A stretch of 64,000 nucleotides of DNA from an uncultured delta proteobacterium. GTDB taxonomy: Bacteria; Desulfobacterota; Desulfobacteria; Desulfobacterales; Desulfosalsimonadaceae. Both the position numbers and the translations under genes were made by a program. This document shows positions 29,207 to 38,835 of the stretch, piece after piece; positions within the stretch are counted from its first letter, which is position 1, and every line of letters begins with the position of its first letter. Below the pieces are notes generated by a model, which saw only the letters and a list, made by a program, of their open reading frames with translations, made no database searches and had not been told where the DNA came from. Location of the stretch: contig CAWGYD010000010.1 of NCBI GenBank assembly GCA_963826785.1, forward strand, positions 224,001-288,000, in the 5' to 3' direction.

Positions 29207-31375
29207 TTATCCGAGAAAACGGTAATGGTCCATTCCTTCCAAAATTCCGGCGGCGCAGGCTTTGTCGGCGAAATAGACGTATTTGGCGCCTTTTAATTTT
29301 TTGAGTTCCGGACTGAAGTTGCCCACCACTACACCGCGCGGTTCGCCCCGGAGCATTTCCTCGTCATTTCCCGAATCCCCGCAGACCAGAAAGGCGGACA
29401 GGGGCACTTCCCACTTGTAGCTCAGGTAGCGGATGGCTTTTCCCTTGGAGGCACGGTACGGCAGGATATCCACGAACTGCTCGTGGGAATAGACCAGGGT
29501 ATATCGGCACTTGTTTCCCACCAGGCAGTTATGAACCTCGGTGATCCGGTCTTTTCCCGGGTCGATGTTGTAGCTGACCTTGAATTTGCGCTGGGCTTCT
29601 TCCGCCTGGTATTCAAGGAATTTAAACCGCTTCAGCAGATCGCGCACTTTCTTCCGGTCCCACCGGTCCGCGATGTGGGCTTCCCACCCTTTGTCGTACT
29701 CCAGATCGGGTCCATAGTAAATTTCAGTCCCCACCGACGCCACGATAACGTCCGGCGGCGCCACCCGGTATTCTTCGAGAATGTCTACCGCCGAATCGAT
29801 GGTCCTGCCGGTGGACACACCGAAACCGAGCTTCTGACGATGATCCGCCACCGCCTGGAGCAGGGGCTCGAGCCCGGCGTTTTCTTCCCCGATCAGGGTA
29901 TTGTCGATGTCGGTGATCAGAAACCGCTCCACGTTCACCAGCCGTTTTCCCACGGGTTTGCCGTTTCCGGGGGTAATGCCGGCCGCTCCTTTTTCATTGG
30001 CCAGAGGGACGGCCGCTTTCATGTAGGCATCCGCATGCTGTTCCCAGGCATAGTGCTTCCTGACGTTCATGATGCCGTTTTTGGAATATTGGTTCCAGAG
30101 CGTTTCATCGGTCAGGATTTTCCGGATCGCTCCCGTGATGGCCTGATGATCGTTCGGGTCCACCAGGATTCCGTTTTCGCAATTTTCGATGATGTCCCGG
30201 GGGCCGCCGTCGTTGGTGGCCACCAGGGGCAGTCCGGTGGCGGCGGCCTCCAGCAGGGTCAGGCCGAAGGGCTCGGTCCATGCGGCATTGACGAAAACTC
30301 CCCGTTTGCCTGCGGCGATGCGGTAGAGTTCGGGCACCTCGGATGCGACGTCGTGCTCCTTGGGAATGGCCAGTTTCCCATAGAGGTCATACCGGTCCAT
30401 GTCGAGCAGCATCTGGGTGAGGACCTGCTTTTCGTTTTCCTCCATGTCGTCGATGTCCTTGCGGATGCCGGCGAATACGGCCAGGTTGGCCATGGCCTGC
30501 AATTCATGATCCTCACCATAGGCCTTTACCAGCCCGGTGATGTTTTTGCGCTTGTCCGGCCGGCAGATCGCCAGGATCAGCGGCTTGTCCGGATACATGA
30601 GAAACCGCTCCAACTGGTTTAAAAGAGTGGCCTGGGCGTATTTTTCCAGTTCGGATTTTTCGAATTCCGGAAGCCGGTCATGGTAATACGGGTAAAACCG
30701 CTCCAGGTCGATTCCCGGCGGGATGACCCGGTATTCGGGAAATTCCGAGTTGCGGTACATGCCGTACTGGTTTGAAATTTCCTGGCGGGTGCTGGTGACG
30801 ATCAGGTCCGCATTCCGGATGATCCGCTCTTCGATGGAAATCCGGGTATCCATTCGATAACTTCTGGAGATTTCCTTTTCCGGCATGCCGTCGTTTACAA
30901 GCTTCTGTTTCTTGGGCCTTCCCAGGCTGTGGCCGGTAAAGGCAAAGGGGACGCCGAAGATGCGGGCCAGCTCCATGGCCACGTATCCGGCGTCCGGATA
31001 ATGGCCGTGGACGATATCCGGCAGCCGGTTTTTCTTGATGAATTTGATGGTTTTGTCGATGAATTCATCCAGATGCGGCCACAGCAGTTCCTTTCGCATG
31101 TATTTTTTCCCGCCGCACTGGATCCGGATGACTCGGCATTTATCATCGACTTTCGACACCGGCTGGGCATAATCCGGCGAGACCGAGGGATCGTCGATGA
31201 GCCGCGTAAACAGATCGACCTGGCAGACATCGTCCCTGCGGCACAGATTTTTCACCAGTTCGAGCACATACGTCACCTGCCCGCCCGTATCGGCATCCCG
31301 CCCCAGTTCCGGGTTCTCCGGCCGGATCAGGCCGTGAATGGAAAACATCTGAATGTATAGTTTTTCTTTGGCCAT
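29207..31375 (-). CDS. sps: Sucrose-phosphate synthase with C-terminal HAD-IIB phosphatase domain
   Basis: SIHGLIR..ELGRDADTGGQV, HGHY, TGHSLG, RPDKRKN, EPFGLTLLEAAA; TDIDNT, SKG, GDSGND. Confidence 0.92.
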   Translation of the reverse strand: MAKEKLYIQMFSIHGLIRPENPELGRDADTGGQVTYVLELVKNLCRRDDVCQVDLFTRLIDDPSVSPDYAQPVSKVDDKCRVIRIQCGGKKYMRKELLWPHLDEFIDKTIKFIKKNRLPDIVHGHYPDAGYVAMELARIFGVPFAFTGHSLGRPKKQKLVNDGMPEKEISRSYRMDTRISIEERIIRNADLIVTSTRQEISNQYGMYRNSEFPEYRVIPPGIDLERFYPYYHDRLPEFEKSELEKYAQATLLNQLERFLMYPDKPLILAICRPDKRKNITGLVKAYGEDHELQAMANLAVFAGIRKDIDDMEENEKQVLTQMLLDMDRYDLYGKLAIPKEHDVASEVPELYRIAAGKRGVFVNAAWTEPFGLTLLEAAATGLPLVATNDGGPRDIIENCENGILVDPNDHQAITGAIRKILTDETLWNQYSKNGIMNVRKHYAWEQHADAYMKAAVPLANEKGAAGITPGNGKPVGKRLVNVERFLITDIDNTLIGEENAGLEPLLQAVADHRQKLGFGVSTGRTIDSAVDILEEYRVAPPDVIVASVGTEIYYGPDLEYDKGWEAHIADRWDRKKVRDLLKRFKFLEYQAEEAQRKFKVSYNIDPGKDRITEVHNCLVGNKCRYTLVYSHEQFVDILPYRASKGKAIRYLSYKWEVPLSAFLVCGDSGNDEEMLRGEPRGVVVGNFSPELKKLKGAKYVYFADKACAAGILEGMDHYRFLG

Positions 31376-32287
31376 TTACTTCCTGTTAACCAGTTTGAGA
31401 TAGGGTTCGTAAAAGTCGTGCGCGTCCGGCACGGCCCCGGCAATGGTGCAGATATCTCCGGCAAAGCGCGATGCAGTCTCAAGGGTCTGTTTCGATGGCC
31501 ATCCGTTTAAATAGCCGACCACCAGCATGGCCGCATACGCATCCCCTGCCCCCACCGTATCCTGCACCTGCCGGATTTCCGGGACCCCCGCCTCATATAG
31601 GTCCTCCGGCGTCACCAGCATGCTTCCCGAACTGCCCCGGGTCACGGCCATGTTCCGGATCCCGAAGCGCTCCATCAGCAAGCCGGGCAATTGCTGGCGG
31701 GTTGCCTCCGGCGCAAACATTTCCCCCAGCAGGACCAGTTCGTCCGCGTTGAGTTTCAGATAATCCGTGTGCCCCAGGGAAGCGTGGATGATCTCTTTAG
31801 AATAGGCATTTTGCCGCAGGTTGACATCATAAAAGGCAACTGTGGCCGCATCTTTGTTCTCAAGAAATGCCTGGAGCCGCTCCATCGCTTTTGCGGTGCG
31901 CTGCACCAGGGTGCCGAAATAGATCAGTTCCACCCCGTTGCCGCCGGAAAGTGAATCCGGGTGATCCGGCAGTTCGATCCGGTCATAGGCGACATTTTCT
32001 ACGATATAAAATTCATGCCCCCCGGTTGCGTCCGGTGTCACCTCCACCCGACCGGTGGGATAATCCGGGTCCTTCTGTATCCAGCTGATATCAAATCCCC
32101 GCTGCCGGAGCCGGTCCAGAATTTCATCTCCCTTCTGATCCGCCCCCACCCGGGATACGAAACGGACGGGCACCCCCATCTGCTTCAGGTGATAGGCAAA
32201 ATTAAACGGCGCTCCGCCCAGCCGCTCATATTCGGGGAATATATCCATCAGTATTTCACCGATGACGATGATCACGAAAACCTCCAT
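31376..32287 (-). CDS. PfkB family fructokinase
   Basis: GGAPFN, DVNLR, KLNADEL, DTVGAGDAY; adjacent to sps. Confidence 0.88.
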   Translation of the reverse strand: MEVFVIIVIGEILMDIFPEYERLGGAPFNFAYHLKQMGVPVRFVSRVGADQKGDEILDRLRQRGFDISWIQKDPDYPTGRVEVTPDATGGHEFYIVENVAYDRIELPDHPDSLSGGNGVELIYFGTLVQRTAKAMERLQAFLENKDAATVAFYDVNLRQNAYSKEIIHASLGHTDYLKLNADELVLLGEMFAPEATRQQLPGLLMERFGIRNMAVTRGSSGSMLVTPEDLYEAGVPEIRQVQDTVGAGDAYAAMLVVGYLNGWPSKQTLETASRFAGDICTIAGAVPDAHDFYEPYLKLVNRK

Positions 32288-32481
32288 GGCGCTTGTGTTT
32301 TGCTCAAATATTATATCAGTCCGTCATCATTGTCAAATCCGATATAAATGGCTAAAATTTATATTTTTTATTAATTTTCAATTATTTATCGCTTGCCATC
32401 CGGTACTAATATGCATAGTATTTGTCTATTCCAGCATTCACCGTTACATGCCGCTTTTAACAGGAATGGAGAAATAACCCG

Positions 32482-33351
32482 ATGCTTTGCCACATACCGC
32501 ATTTCCTGAGCGAAGAGAGCGAGTGGGTGGTCTTTCTTCACGGGCTCGGCGGGAATTCCAACATCTACTACAAACAGGTCGAAGCCTTTAAACCCCATTA
32601 CAACCTGATGTTCATCGACCTGTTCGGACACGGCTGCACTCTGGAACAACTCAACGCCTACACCTTTGAGACACTGGCCAGTGCGGCGGTTGCGGTCTTT
32701 GATGCGGAGGGCATTGAATCCGCCCACCTGGTGGGGGTCTCTCTGGGCACCATCGTCATGGAGGCCTTCAGCCTGCTGGCCCCGGACCGGTTGAAAACCA
32801 TGATATTGAGCGGTGCGGCCGAGGGGTATGATCTGCGGTCCCGGACCCTGCTGCGCCTGGGCGGTGTCCTGGAATACGTCATGCCCTACATGCTCCTTTA
32901 CCGGCTGTTTGCCTATATCATGATGCCCCGGAAAAACCACACCGCATCCCGCCGGATCTTCATCCGGGAAGCCCGCAAACTGGGCGGGCACGAATTCAAA
33001 AAATGGTACCGGCTGATGGCGTCGCTGGAGCCGTTTTACGCATCCGTGCAGGAGCGCCCCCAGAAAATCATTCCCCGGCTCTACATTTCCGGGGACGAAG
33101 ATTACCTGTTCATGCCCTTTGTCATCAAAAACCATTTGAATGAATCCTTTTCCGCCATCCACATTATTGAAAAATGCGGTCATGTCTGCAATATTGAACA
33201 GGCCGACCGATTCAACCAGGTGGCCCTCGCCTATCTGGGCCAGTATCCGGACCCCCCGGCGGACAAGCATATCCCGGCCGGCACCCGGGCATGCAGGATC
33301 GCCCGGACAATAAAATTTTCCGGAAACAACGCAACCACCATGAAAAACTGA
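32482..33351 (+). CDS. Alpha/beta-fold hydrolase
   Basis: FLHGLGG, DLFGHG, GVSLG, GDED, CGHVCNIE. Confidence 0.85.
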   Translation: MLCHIPHFLSEESEWVVFLHGLGGNSNIYYKQVEAFKPHYNLMFIDLFGHGCTLEQLNAYTFETLASAAVAVFDAEGIESAHLVGVSLGTIVMEAFSLLAPDRLKTMILSGAAEGYDLRSRTLLRLGGVLEYVMPYMLLYRLFAYIMMPRKNHTASRRIFIREARKLGGHEFKKWYRLMASLEPFYASVQERPQKIIPRLYISGDEDYLFMPFVIKNHLNESFSAIHIIEKCGHVCNIEQADRFNQVALAYLGQYPDPPADKHIPAGTRACRIARTIKFSGNNATTMKN

Positions 33352-33408
33352 TTCGCATCAACCCTTATTTATTTATATAAACTTGAATCATTGACCAGGA
33401 GGAATGCC

Positions 33409-33915
33409 ATGAAGGAGAAAACAAAACAGAATGTGTATGACGCCTTTATTGGTGAAGCCAAGGCCTATTTTCGCCTGCTGGCTTATGCTGAAAAGGCCCG
33501 GGAGGAGGATATGGTGCAGGTGGCGCTTTTGTTTCGCGCCATTGCCGAGGCGGAGCGGGTCCACGCCACCCGCCACCTGAACCTGGCCAAAGAACTGGTG
33601 GTCAAGGACACGGACACCAACCTGGAAAAATCGTTTGAGCGGGAAACATCGGTCAGCGAAAACGTCTATCCGGATTTCATCAAGGATGCCGAGGACGAGG
33701 GCGAGAGCGCCGCCTCCCTGGTCTTCAGCCAGGCCCGGGACGCGGAAACCTATCACGCCAAACTCTATGAGCGCGCCATCATGAACATGATGAAAAACAA
33801 GGTGGAGTCCTATCATATCTGCCAGGTCTGCGGGTACGTGACGGACCGGAAAGCCCCGGACGCCTGCCCCATCTGCGGAGCCCCCAAAGAGCGCTTTAAA
33901 GCCGTAAATGAATAA
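33409..33915 (+). CDS. rbr: Rubrerythrin
   Basis: GEAKA, AEAERVHA, AETYH diiron ligands; CQVCG...CPICG rubredoxin domain; AGGAGG RBS. Confidence 0.9.
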   Translation: MKEKTKQNVYDAFIGEAKAYFRLLAYAEKAREEDMVQVALLFRAIAEAERVHATRHLNLAKELVVKDTDTNLEKSFERETSVSENVYPDFIKDAEDEGESAASLVFSQARDAETYHAKLYERAIMNMMKNKVESYHICQVCGYVTDRKAPDACPICGAPKERFKAVNE

Positions 33916-33953
33916 TCCCGATACCTGGAAAACGCCATTAACTCAGGGTTTTG

Positions 33954-34136
33954 CCGTCACCCCGGCAAAGGCGGGGTCCAGAACTGCCGGCACCCGGGCA
34001 AAGGCCGGGGTCCAGAACTGCCCGTCATTCCCGAACCCTGCCTCCTATCTTCTCCCCCCTTTCCTTCAAAGGGGGGTCGGGGGGGATTTTTTTTATTTCT
34101 CCCCCCTTTTTTGCAAAGGGAGGCCGGGGGGGATTT
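33954..34136. repeat. Two tandem REP-like palindromes (gtcaccccggcaaaggcggggtccagaactg) followed by two CCCCCCT..AGGGGGG-type palindromes
   Basis: Direct inspection; related to copies at 40719, 43933, 46823, 54100. Confidence 0.75.
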
Positions 34137-34217
34137 TTCAAACTGACTCACAAATTTTTCCCCGAAAGAACAAATCAGCCACTTGCGAATAACCACCAAA
34201 CAAACCGTAAATCCTCC

Positions 34218-34742
34218 ATGAAAAAGGGATATATCCAGGTCTACACCGGCGACGGCAAAGGAAAAACCACCGCGGCCCTGGGCCTTTCCCTCCGCGCGGC
34301 CGGCGCCGGCCTGAAAGTCTATTTCGCCCAGTTCTTAAAAAAATGGGACTACTGCGAATTAAAAGCCCTAGAGCGCTACGCGGACCTGATCACCATCGAG
34401 CAGTTCGGGGCCGACGAACATATCATCGGCGCCCCTAAAACCCAGGATTTCGAAGCCGCACAGCGCGGCTTATCCGCGGTGCGCGCGGCCATGGACTCTG
34501 GCGATTACGACGTGGTGGTCATGGACGAGGCCGGCGTCGCCGAACGCTTCGGCGTCATCTCCACCGAAGAGATCCTGAATATCATCAGAGAAAAGCCGGA
34601 GAGCATGGAGCTAATCCTCACCGGCCGGTGGGTTTCCCAAGAAGTCCTCGCCGCAGCCGACCTGGTCACGGAAATGAAAATGATCCGCCACTACTACAAC
34701 GAACCCCTGTGCGTCCGTGCACGCAAGGGGATCGAAAATTGA
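34218..34742 (+). CDS. cobO: Cob(I)alamin adenosyltransferase (CobO/BtuR)
   Basis: IQVYTGDGKGKTTAALG, QFLK, VVMDE, ILTGR, ADLVTEM, ARKGIE. Confidence 0.92.
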   Translation: MKKGYIQVYTGDGKGKTTAALGLSLRAAGAGLKVYFAQFLKKWDYCELKALERYADLITIEQFGADEHIIGAPKTQDFEAAQRGLSAVRAAMDSGDYDVVVMDEAGVAERFGVISTEEILNIIREKPESMELILTGRWVSQEVLAAADLVTEMKMIRHYYNEPLCVRARKGIEN

Positions 34743-35253
34743 TTGGCCATCGTTGTCGGCCGGAACAGACCCACCCGATGATACCTTGCTTTATCCAAAG
34801 TGCGGCAAGCCTCTTTTTCATTGTCTAAATCAAATAAAAATGCTAACTATTCATACAGTTATTATCAGATCAATTTTTAAGCGACCGGTCCTTTTCGTCT
34901 TAATATTTATTCATTCTTTCTGGTGATCCTTCCTTTTTTCGTGATAAACAGAAACTGCTTAATAACTTAGCTGCAAGGGAAATGGATGATGATTACAAGA
35001 AACATAAGGTATGCAGGATGTGGATATGAGGGAAAAGTCGAAGCCCACGATACTGCCGGTGTTTACTCAGGAATCTAATATATTTAAAACTCTTGGTAAG
35101 GATTCCGCCTCGGGTTTCCTTAACTTCTTAACTTGAATCAGGCAATTCCAAGGACAAGTCGCAAATTAAATGCCTACGAGCTTTTGAGGGCCCATTCTCG
35201 GCCATGATGAATTTCGCTGACCTCGCTCTCGGCACACCCATTGATAATAAAAA

Positions 35254-35336
35254 GACCTGCCATCCTTGCAAACGTGGGTTATGTTGGAAGTCATTTTAAA
35301 CCACCCAACACAGAGCCAAAACCAAGGAGGCAGGTC
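35254..35336 (+). promoter_or_regulatory. 5' UTR hairpin sequestering the transposase RBS
   Basis: gacctgccatccttg (35254-35268) is complementary to caaggaggcaggtc (35323-35336) with one bulge; inner tgttgg/ccaaca pairing. Confidence 0.6.
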
Positions 35337-36452
35337 ATGACAGAGAATAGCACATTTATTGGTATGGACGTCCATAAAAATTCCATCGATATCGCCATTG
35401 CGCAAACCGGCCGTGACGGAGAGATCCTGCACTACGGCCAAATAGACGGCACCCTTGCAGCAATAGACAAGGTGGTTCGAAAATTGGTCAGCAAAGGCAA
35501 CCGGCTGCATTTTGTGTATGAGGCCGGCCCCTGCGGATACCAGATCTACCGCCACCTCACCTCCCGGGGCTTCGATTGCTCGGTAGTGGCTCCTTCCAGG
35601 ATCCCCAAACCCAGTGGCAAGCAGATCAAAAACGATCGCCGGGATGCCCTGATGCTTGCCCGCTTGCATCGCGCCGGCGAACTGACCGCTGTTCACGTTC
35701 CCCTGGCTGAGGACGAGGCCGTCAGAGATCTGACCCGAGCCCGGGAGGATGCCAAGGGCGATGAGAAAAAAAGCAAACAGCGTCTGCTGGCCTTTTTGCT
35801 TCGCAGCGGCATCCGCTATACGGGCCGGGCATCGTGGAGCCAGGCCCATATGCGCTGGCTGTCCGACATTAAGATGCCCCACCGGTCACAGCAGGTTGTC
35901 CTGCAGGAATATATCGGCACCCTGAACCAGTGCAAAGATCGGGTACAGCGGTTAACCGATCAGATCCGGCAGCTGTTGCCCGAATGGCAACTGTTCCCGG
36001 TCGTTCAAGCGCTTCAGAGCATGCGCGGTGTTTCAATGATCGTGGCGGCCACGACGATTGCCGAAATCGGCGACCTGAAACGATTTGAAAATCCTGCCGA
36101 GCTGATGAGCTACCTGGGCCTGGTGCCGTCGGAATCTTCCAGCGGCCAAAAGATCAGGCGCGGCTCGATCACCAAGACCGGCAATGGCCATGTGCGGCGT
36201 GTATTGGTTGAGGCTGCCTGGGCCTACCGGCTGCCGGCCAGAGTCAGCCGGGTATTGCTCAAACGGCAAGAAGACTTGCCACAATCTATTTGCGACATTG
36301 CATGGAAAGCCCAACTCCGACTATGTTCGCGCTACCGGCACCTATGGGCCAAAGGCAAAGTGAAACAAGTCATCGTAACTGCAATCGCAAGAGAACTTTG
36401 TGCTTTCATGTGGGCGATCGCCAATGAAACAAAAGTTCCAGTAGCGGCATAA
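35337..36452 (+). CDS. IS110 family DEDD transposase/recombinase
   Basis: GMDVHK, YEAGP, KNDRRDA (DEDD RuvC-like), AEIGD..RF, YLGLVPSESSSG (catalytic Ser region), ITKTGN, AIAREL; AAGGAGG RBS. Confidence 0.95.
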   Translation: MTENSTFIGMDVHKNSIDIAIAQTGRDGEILHYGQIDGTLAAIDKVVRKLVSKGNRLHFVYEAGPCGYQIYRHLTSRGFDCSVVAPSRIPKPSGKQIKNDRRDALMLARLHRAGELTAVHVPLAEDEAVRDLTRAREDAKGDEKKSKQRLLAFLLRSGIRYTGRASWSQAHMRWLSDIKMPHRSQQVVLQEYIGTLNQCKDRVQRLTDQIRQLLPEWQLFPVVQALQSMRGVSMIVAATTIAEIGDLKRFENPAELMSYLGLVPSESSSGQKIRRGSITKTGNGHVRRVLVEAAWAYRLPARVSRVLLKRQEDLPQSICDIAWKAQLRLCSRYRHLWAKGKVKQVIVTAIARELCAFMWAIANETKVPVAA

Positions 36453-36519
36453 CAAAGAACCCATTACAACGGACGCATTTACAAATAAAGGATATTTAAA
36501 ACGAAAAAAAACATCATTA

Positions 36520-36714
36520 TTCCAAGGCAGCCATAGGGGCGCAACCACGGCCAGGAGAACCCTCGAGGACACTATTGGATAAGCCTTAGGGCCGAACTCC
36601 CGAAATTAGACCGAGGCAGCTCCGCGACGAAGCTAAGTCATGCGGTACCCAACCCGCGAATATCAGAGTGATCAACCGTCGCCACACGGTTCCGCCCCTT
36701 TGGGTGCCTTGGAA
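36520..36714 (+). ncRNA. Putative bridge/seek RNA of the IS110 element
   Basis: Closing helices ttccaaggca/tgccttggaa and aggggcg-aacc-acgg/ccgt-ggtt-cgcccct enclose GGACA, AAATTA, AGGCA and ATATCA, which match the target and donor half-sites. Confidence 0.7.
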
Positions 36715-37788
36715 CATAAACCACAACAAGGACTGTTGAAAAACAGTTGGCAGGAAGTGCTTTTTTCTCTTGACAACTGTCAACCATATCAAATGTCCAT
36801 CTTGCAAAGAGGATATAGCAATTGATCCAATTAAAGCTATAGCCTCAAAGACGAAAATGATTGGCTTTCCTTCCTCATATCTCCTTTCGGGGAAACGCGG
36901 TGGTTCAAATAGGCCATCCCTATTATTTGGGGACTTTTGAGCCTTATAGTTGCAATTTTTATTGTTTCTAAATTTACTGGATGGTGGGTTTATATAGAGA
37001 GCAGCTTTATGCTCATGATGGCATTGGGTTCGCGAAAAACTGGCTTTTTTGCCCTTCGGAGATAATGGGATAACAGAACTTACTGAACCTGGTACTGTTT
37101 CCGAAGAAACAAAGAAGGCATTTCAGGATAGATTATAGTTAGAGAATTAATATTATTTTAACAACCGCATCAAATAATCGATCAACATACTGACAAAAAT
37201 AATGAAATCAAAGTTATGGAAAAAATTATTTACGCGAAACCGAAAAATAAATCGATATTTTTTTATTTAATATCGAAACTAACCATTACCTCGACAATAA
37301 ATTAAATTTATATAGATATTCATTATTTGAGCATTATATCAATGTTCAAGATGAGTTTTATGAGTTTATCAAAGGTTATCATACAATTCCTGTTGATAAA
37401 TAGATATGCTTTGAAAGTGCGGCTAATGAATCAATATCCTTCGATATAAATGTAAATGATTACGATAAGGAGTTAGTAATTAATCGAATTTTGGTTAATA
37501 GAAAACTTGGCACACGCGGTGGTACTACGTAAATGGCGCTTTCAAGATGGGAGTCTATTTACACATTTTTTTATGAGCAGGAATGATCAAAAGCCAATAC
37601 CTCGAAAAATTCGCAAAAAATATAAAGACAAGAATAGACCTCGTACAGCATCTTGTTGAAGAAAGAATGACAGATGATGGATTTGCAAAACCCGAAATTT
37701 ACGACAAAATGACCGAAAAGAGCCTGTTTGTCATTGCCGGAAGGGACAATAGCCATGATTATAGAAACGTATGTCAGCCTTAAGATCA

Positions 37789-38835
37789 TCAGTCGATCAC
37801 TTCGTATAATCTTCGCTGCTCTTTCGGCATGGCCATCAGTCTTTTTTCGGCTTCTTCAGGCGATACCGCTTCACAGGAACCATCCGGAAGCTGAACCACC
37901 ACACCGCTGTTCACCAGCATTTTATACCTTTTTTTACGCACTTCCTTGTCCGGATGACAGAGCAGCATACAGTTGCAGCAGGTAAATGCCACCCGGTTTC
38001 CGGGCATCAGAAAATGAAAGAAGCCGCCTTCTTCCCTGGGTCTTTTTTTGTAAGCCTCTGCTGAATGGATAATGGCTGTGTAAAAATCCTCATCTTTTTC
38101 CGGAATGGGAAACCGGGCCGGCGACCAGGTGGACCACTTTCCGGATTTATGAAGGCCCGTAAAGCCGCCGCACACATAATCACACCGGCTGTGGTGGCGG
38201 CGCTTGGAATACGAAAATTCCCTGTCTCCCATGGAAACAGTTGTTTTTTCGTTTTCTGACATATACCCGGAGGCACACGATGCCATGCACAACCGGCATT
38301 CATCGCAATAGTTGTCTTCTTCCGGCAATGGATTCGTCGGAATCAGCTCCGCCGTGGTAACCAGAGATCCCAGGGCAACAGCTGCGCCGTATTCGTTGGT
38401 GATCACATTTCCGGACAACCCGAAATGCCCGATACCGGACCGGACCGCCAGGTATCGATGGGATATGGGCGGTTTTTCATCCAAAGCCCCATTGGGCGTG
38501 TCGGTCCGATAGGTGATATTTGCCGTCTGCCCCACCGATGGATGCCCTTTCTGGGACAGGTAGCCGGCAATTTCAAAGGAGATGCCGGTCACCTGTGTAT
38601 TGGTGCGGACATTGTCGGTTTCATGGGATCTGCGGTCTTTTTTGGAAAGATAGGGTTCGATATGATCCTGATTAAACGGCACCAGAAAACTGACCGCAGA
38701 CTTTGCGCCCGGCAGCACATAGGATAAGTCCGCAGATGGCGGCCCGCCTTTCAGAGTTTCGGTAGTTGCGATCCCCACTGCGGTTGCGCCCAGACATTTT
38801 GCCAACTCCTTGACCCGGCTGGTTAATTTTTCCAT
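37789..38835 (-). CDS. Epoxyqueuosine reductase (QueG)/reductive dehalogenase-like Fe-S protein
   Basis: GATAVGIA, LPGAKSAVS, ISHRYLAVRSGIGHFGLSG, CDECRLCMASC, RC..VC...CCNCMLLC. Confidence 0.75.
   Translation of the reverse strand: MEKLTSRVKELAKCLGATAVGIATTETLKGGPPSADLSYVLPGAKSAVSFLVPFNQDHIEPYLSKKDRRSHETDNVRTNTQVTGISFEIAGYLSQKGHPSVGQTANITYRTDTPNGALDEKPPISHRYLAVRSGIGHFGLSGNVITNEYGAAVALGSLVTTAELIPTNPLPEEDNYCDECRLCMASCASGYMSENEKTTVSMGDREFSYSKRRHHSRCDYVCGGFTGLHKSGKWSTWSPARFPIPEKDEDFYTAIIHSAEAYKKRPREEGGFFHFLMPGNRVAFTCCNCMLLCHPDKEVRKKRYKMLVNSGVVVQLPDGSCEAVSPEEAEKRLMAMPKEQRRLYEVID

Larger units (their letters stand above)
35168..36795 (+). mobile_element. IS110 family insertion sequence
   Basis: Transposase ORF plus non-coding ends; AAATG at both 35168-35172 and 36791-36795; boundaries corroborated by guide-like motifs in the 3' non-coding region; composition shift against AT-rich flanks. 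Confidence 0.8.
34986..37140 (+). pseudogene. Decayed zinc-ribbon/membrane protein gene interrupted by IS110
   Basis: Fragments MITRNIRYAGCGYEGKVEAHDT / IFKTLGKDSASGF left of the IS, and KCPSCKEDIAIDPIKAIAS plus hydrophobic IPIIWGLLSLIVAIFIV right of it; multiple frameshifts. Confidence 0.45.

Noticed and set aside
33951..34217. N-terminal extension of the cobO ORF
   Set aside because: Translates through palindromic repeats; the family-typical start is MKKGYIQ at 34218
35126..35241. Alternative IS110 left ends at ~35128 (TC core) or ~35241 (CA core, giving TTGACA-N18-GATAAT in the circle)
   Set aside because: Both give plausible frames or promoters, but only the AAATG junction at 35168 is matched by all four guide-like motifs; not fully excluded
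37583..37783. 66-aa ORF in the AT-rich region
   Set aside because: No recognisable motif; may be real or a remnant, but it cannot be supported from sequence alone
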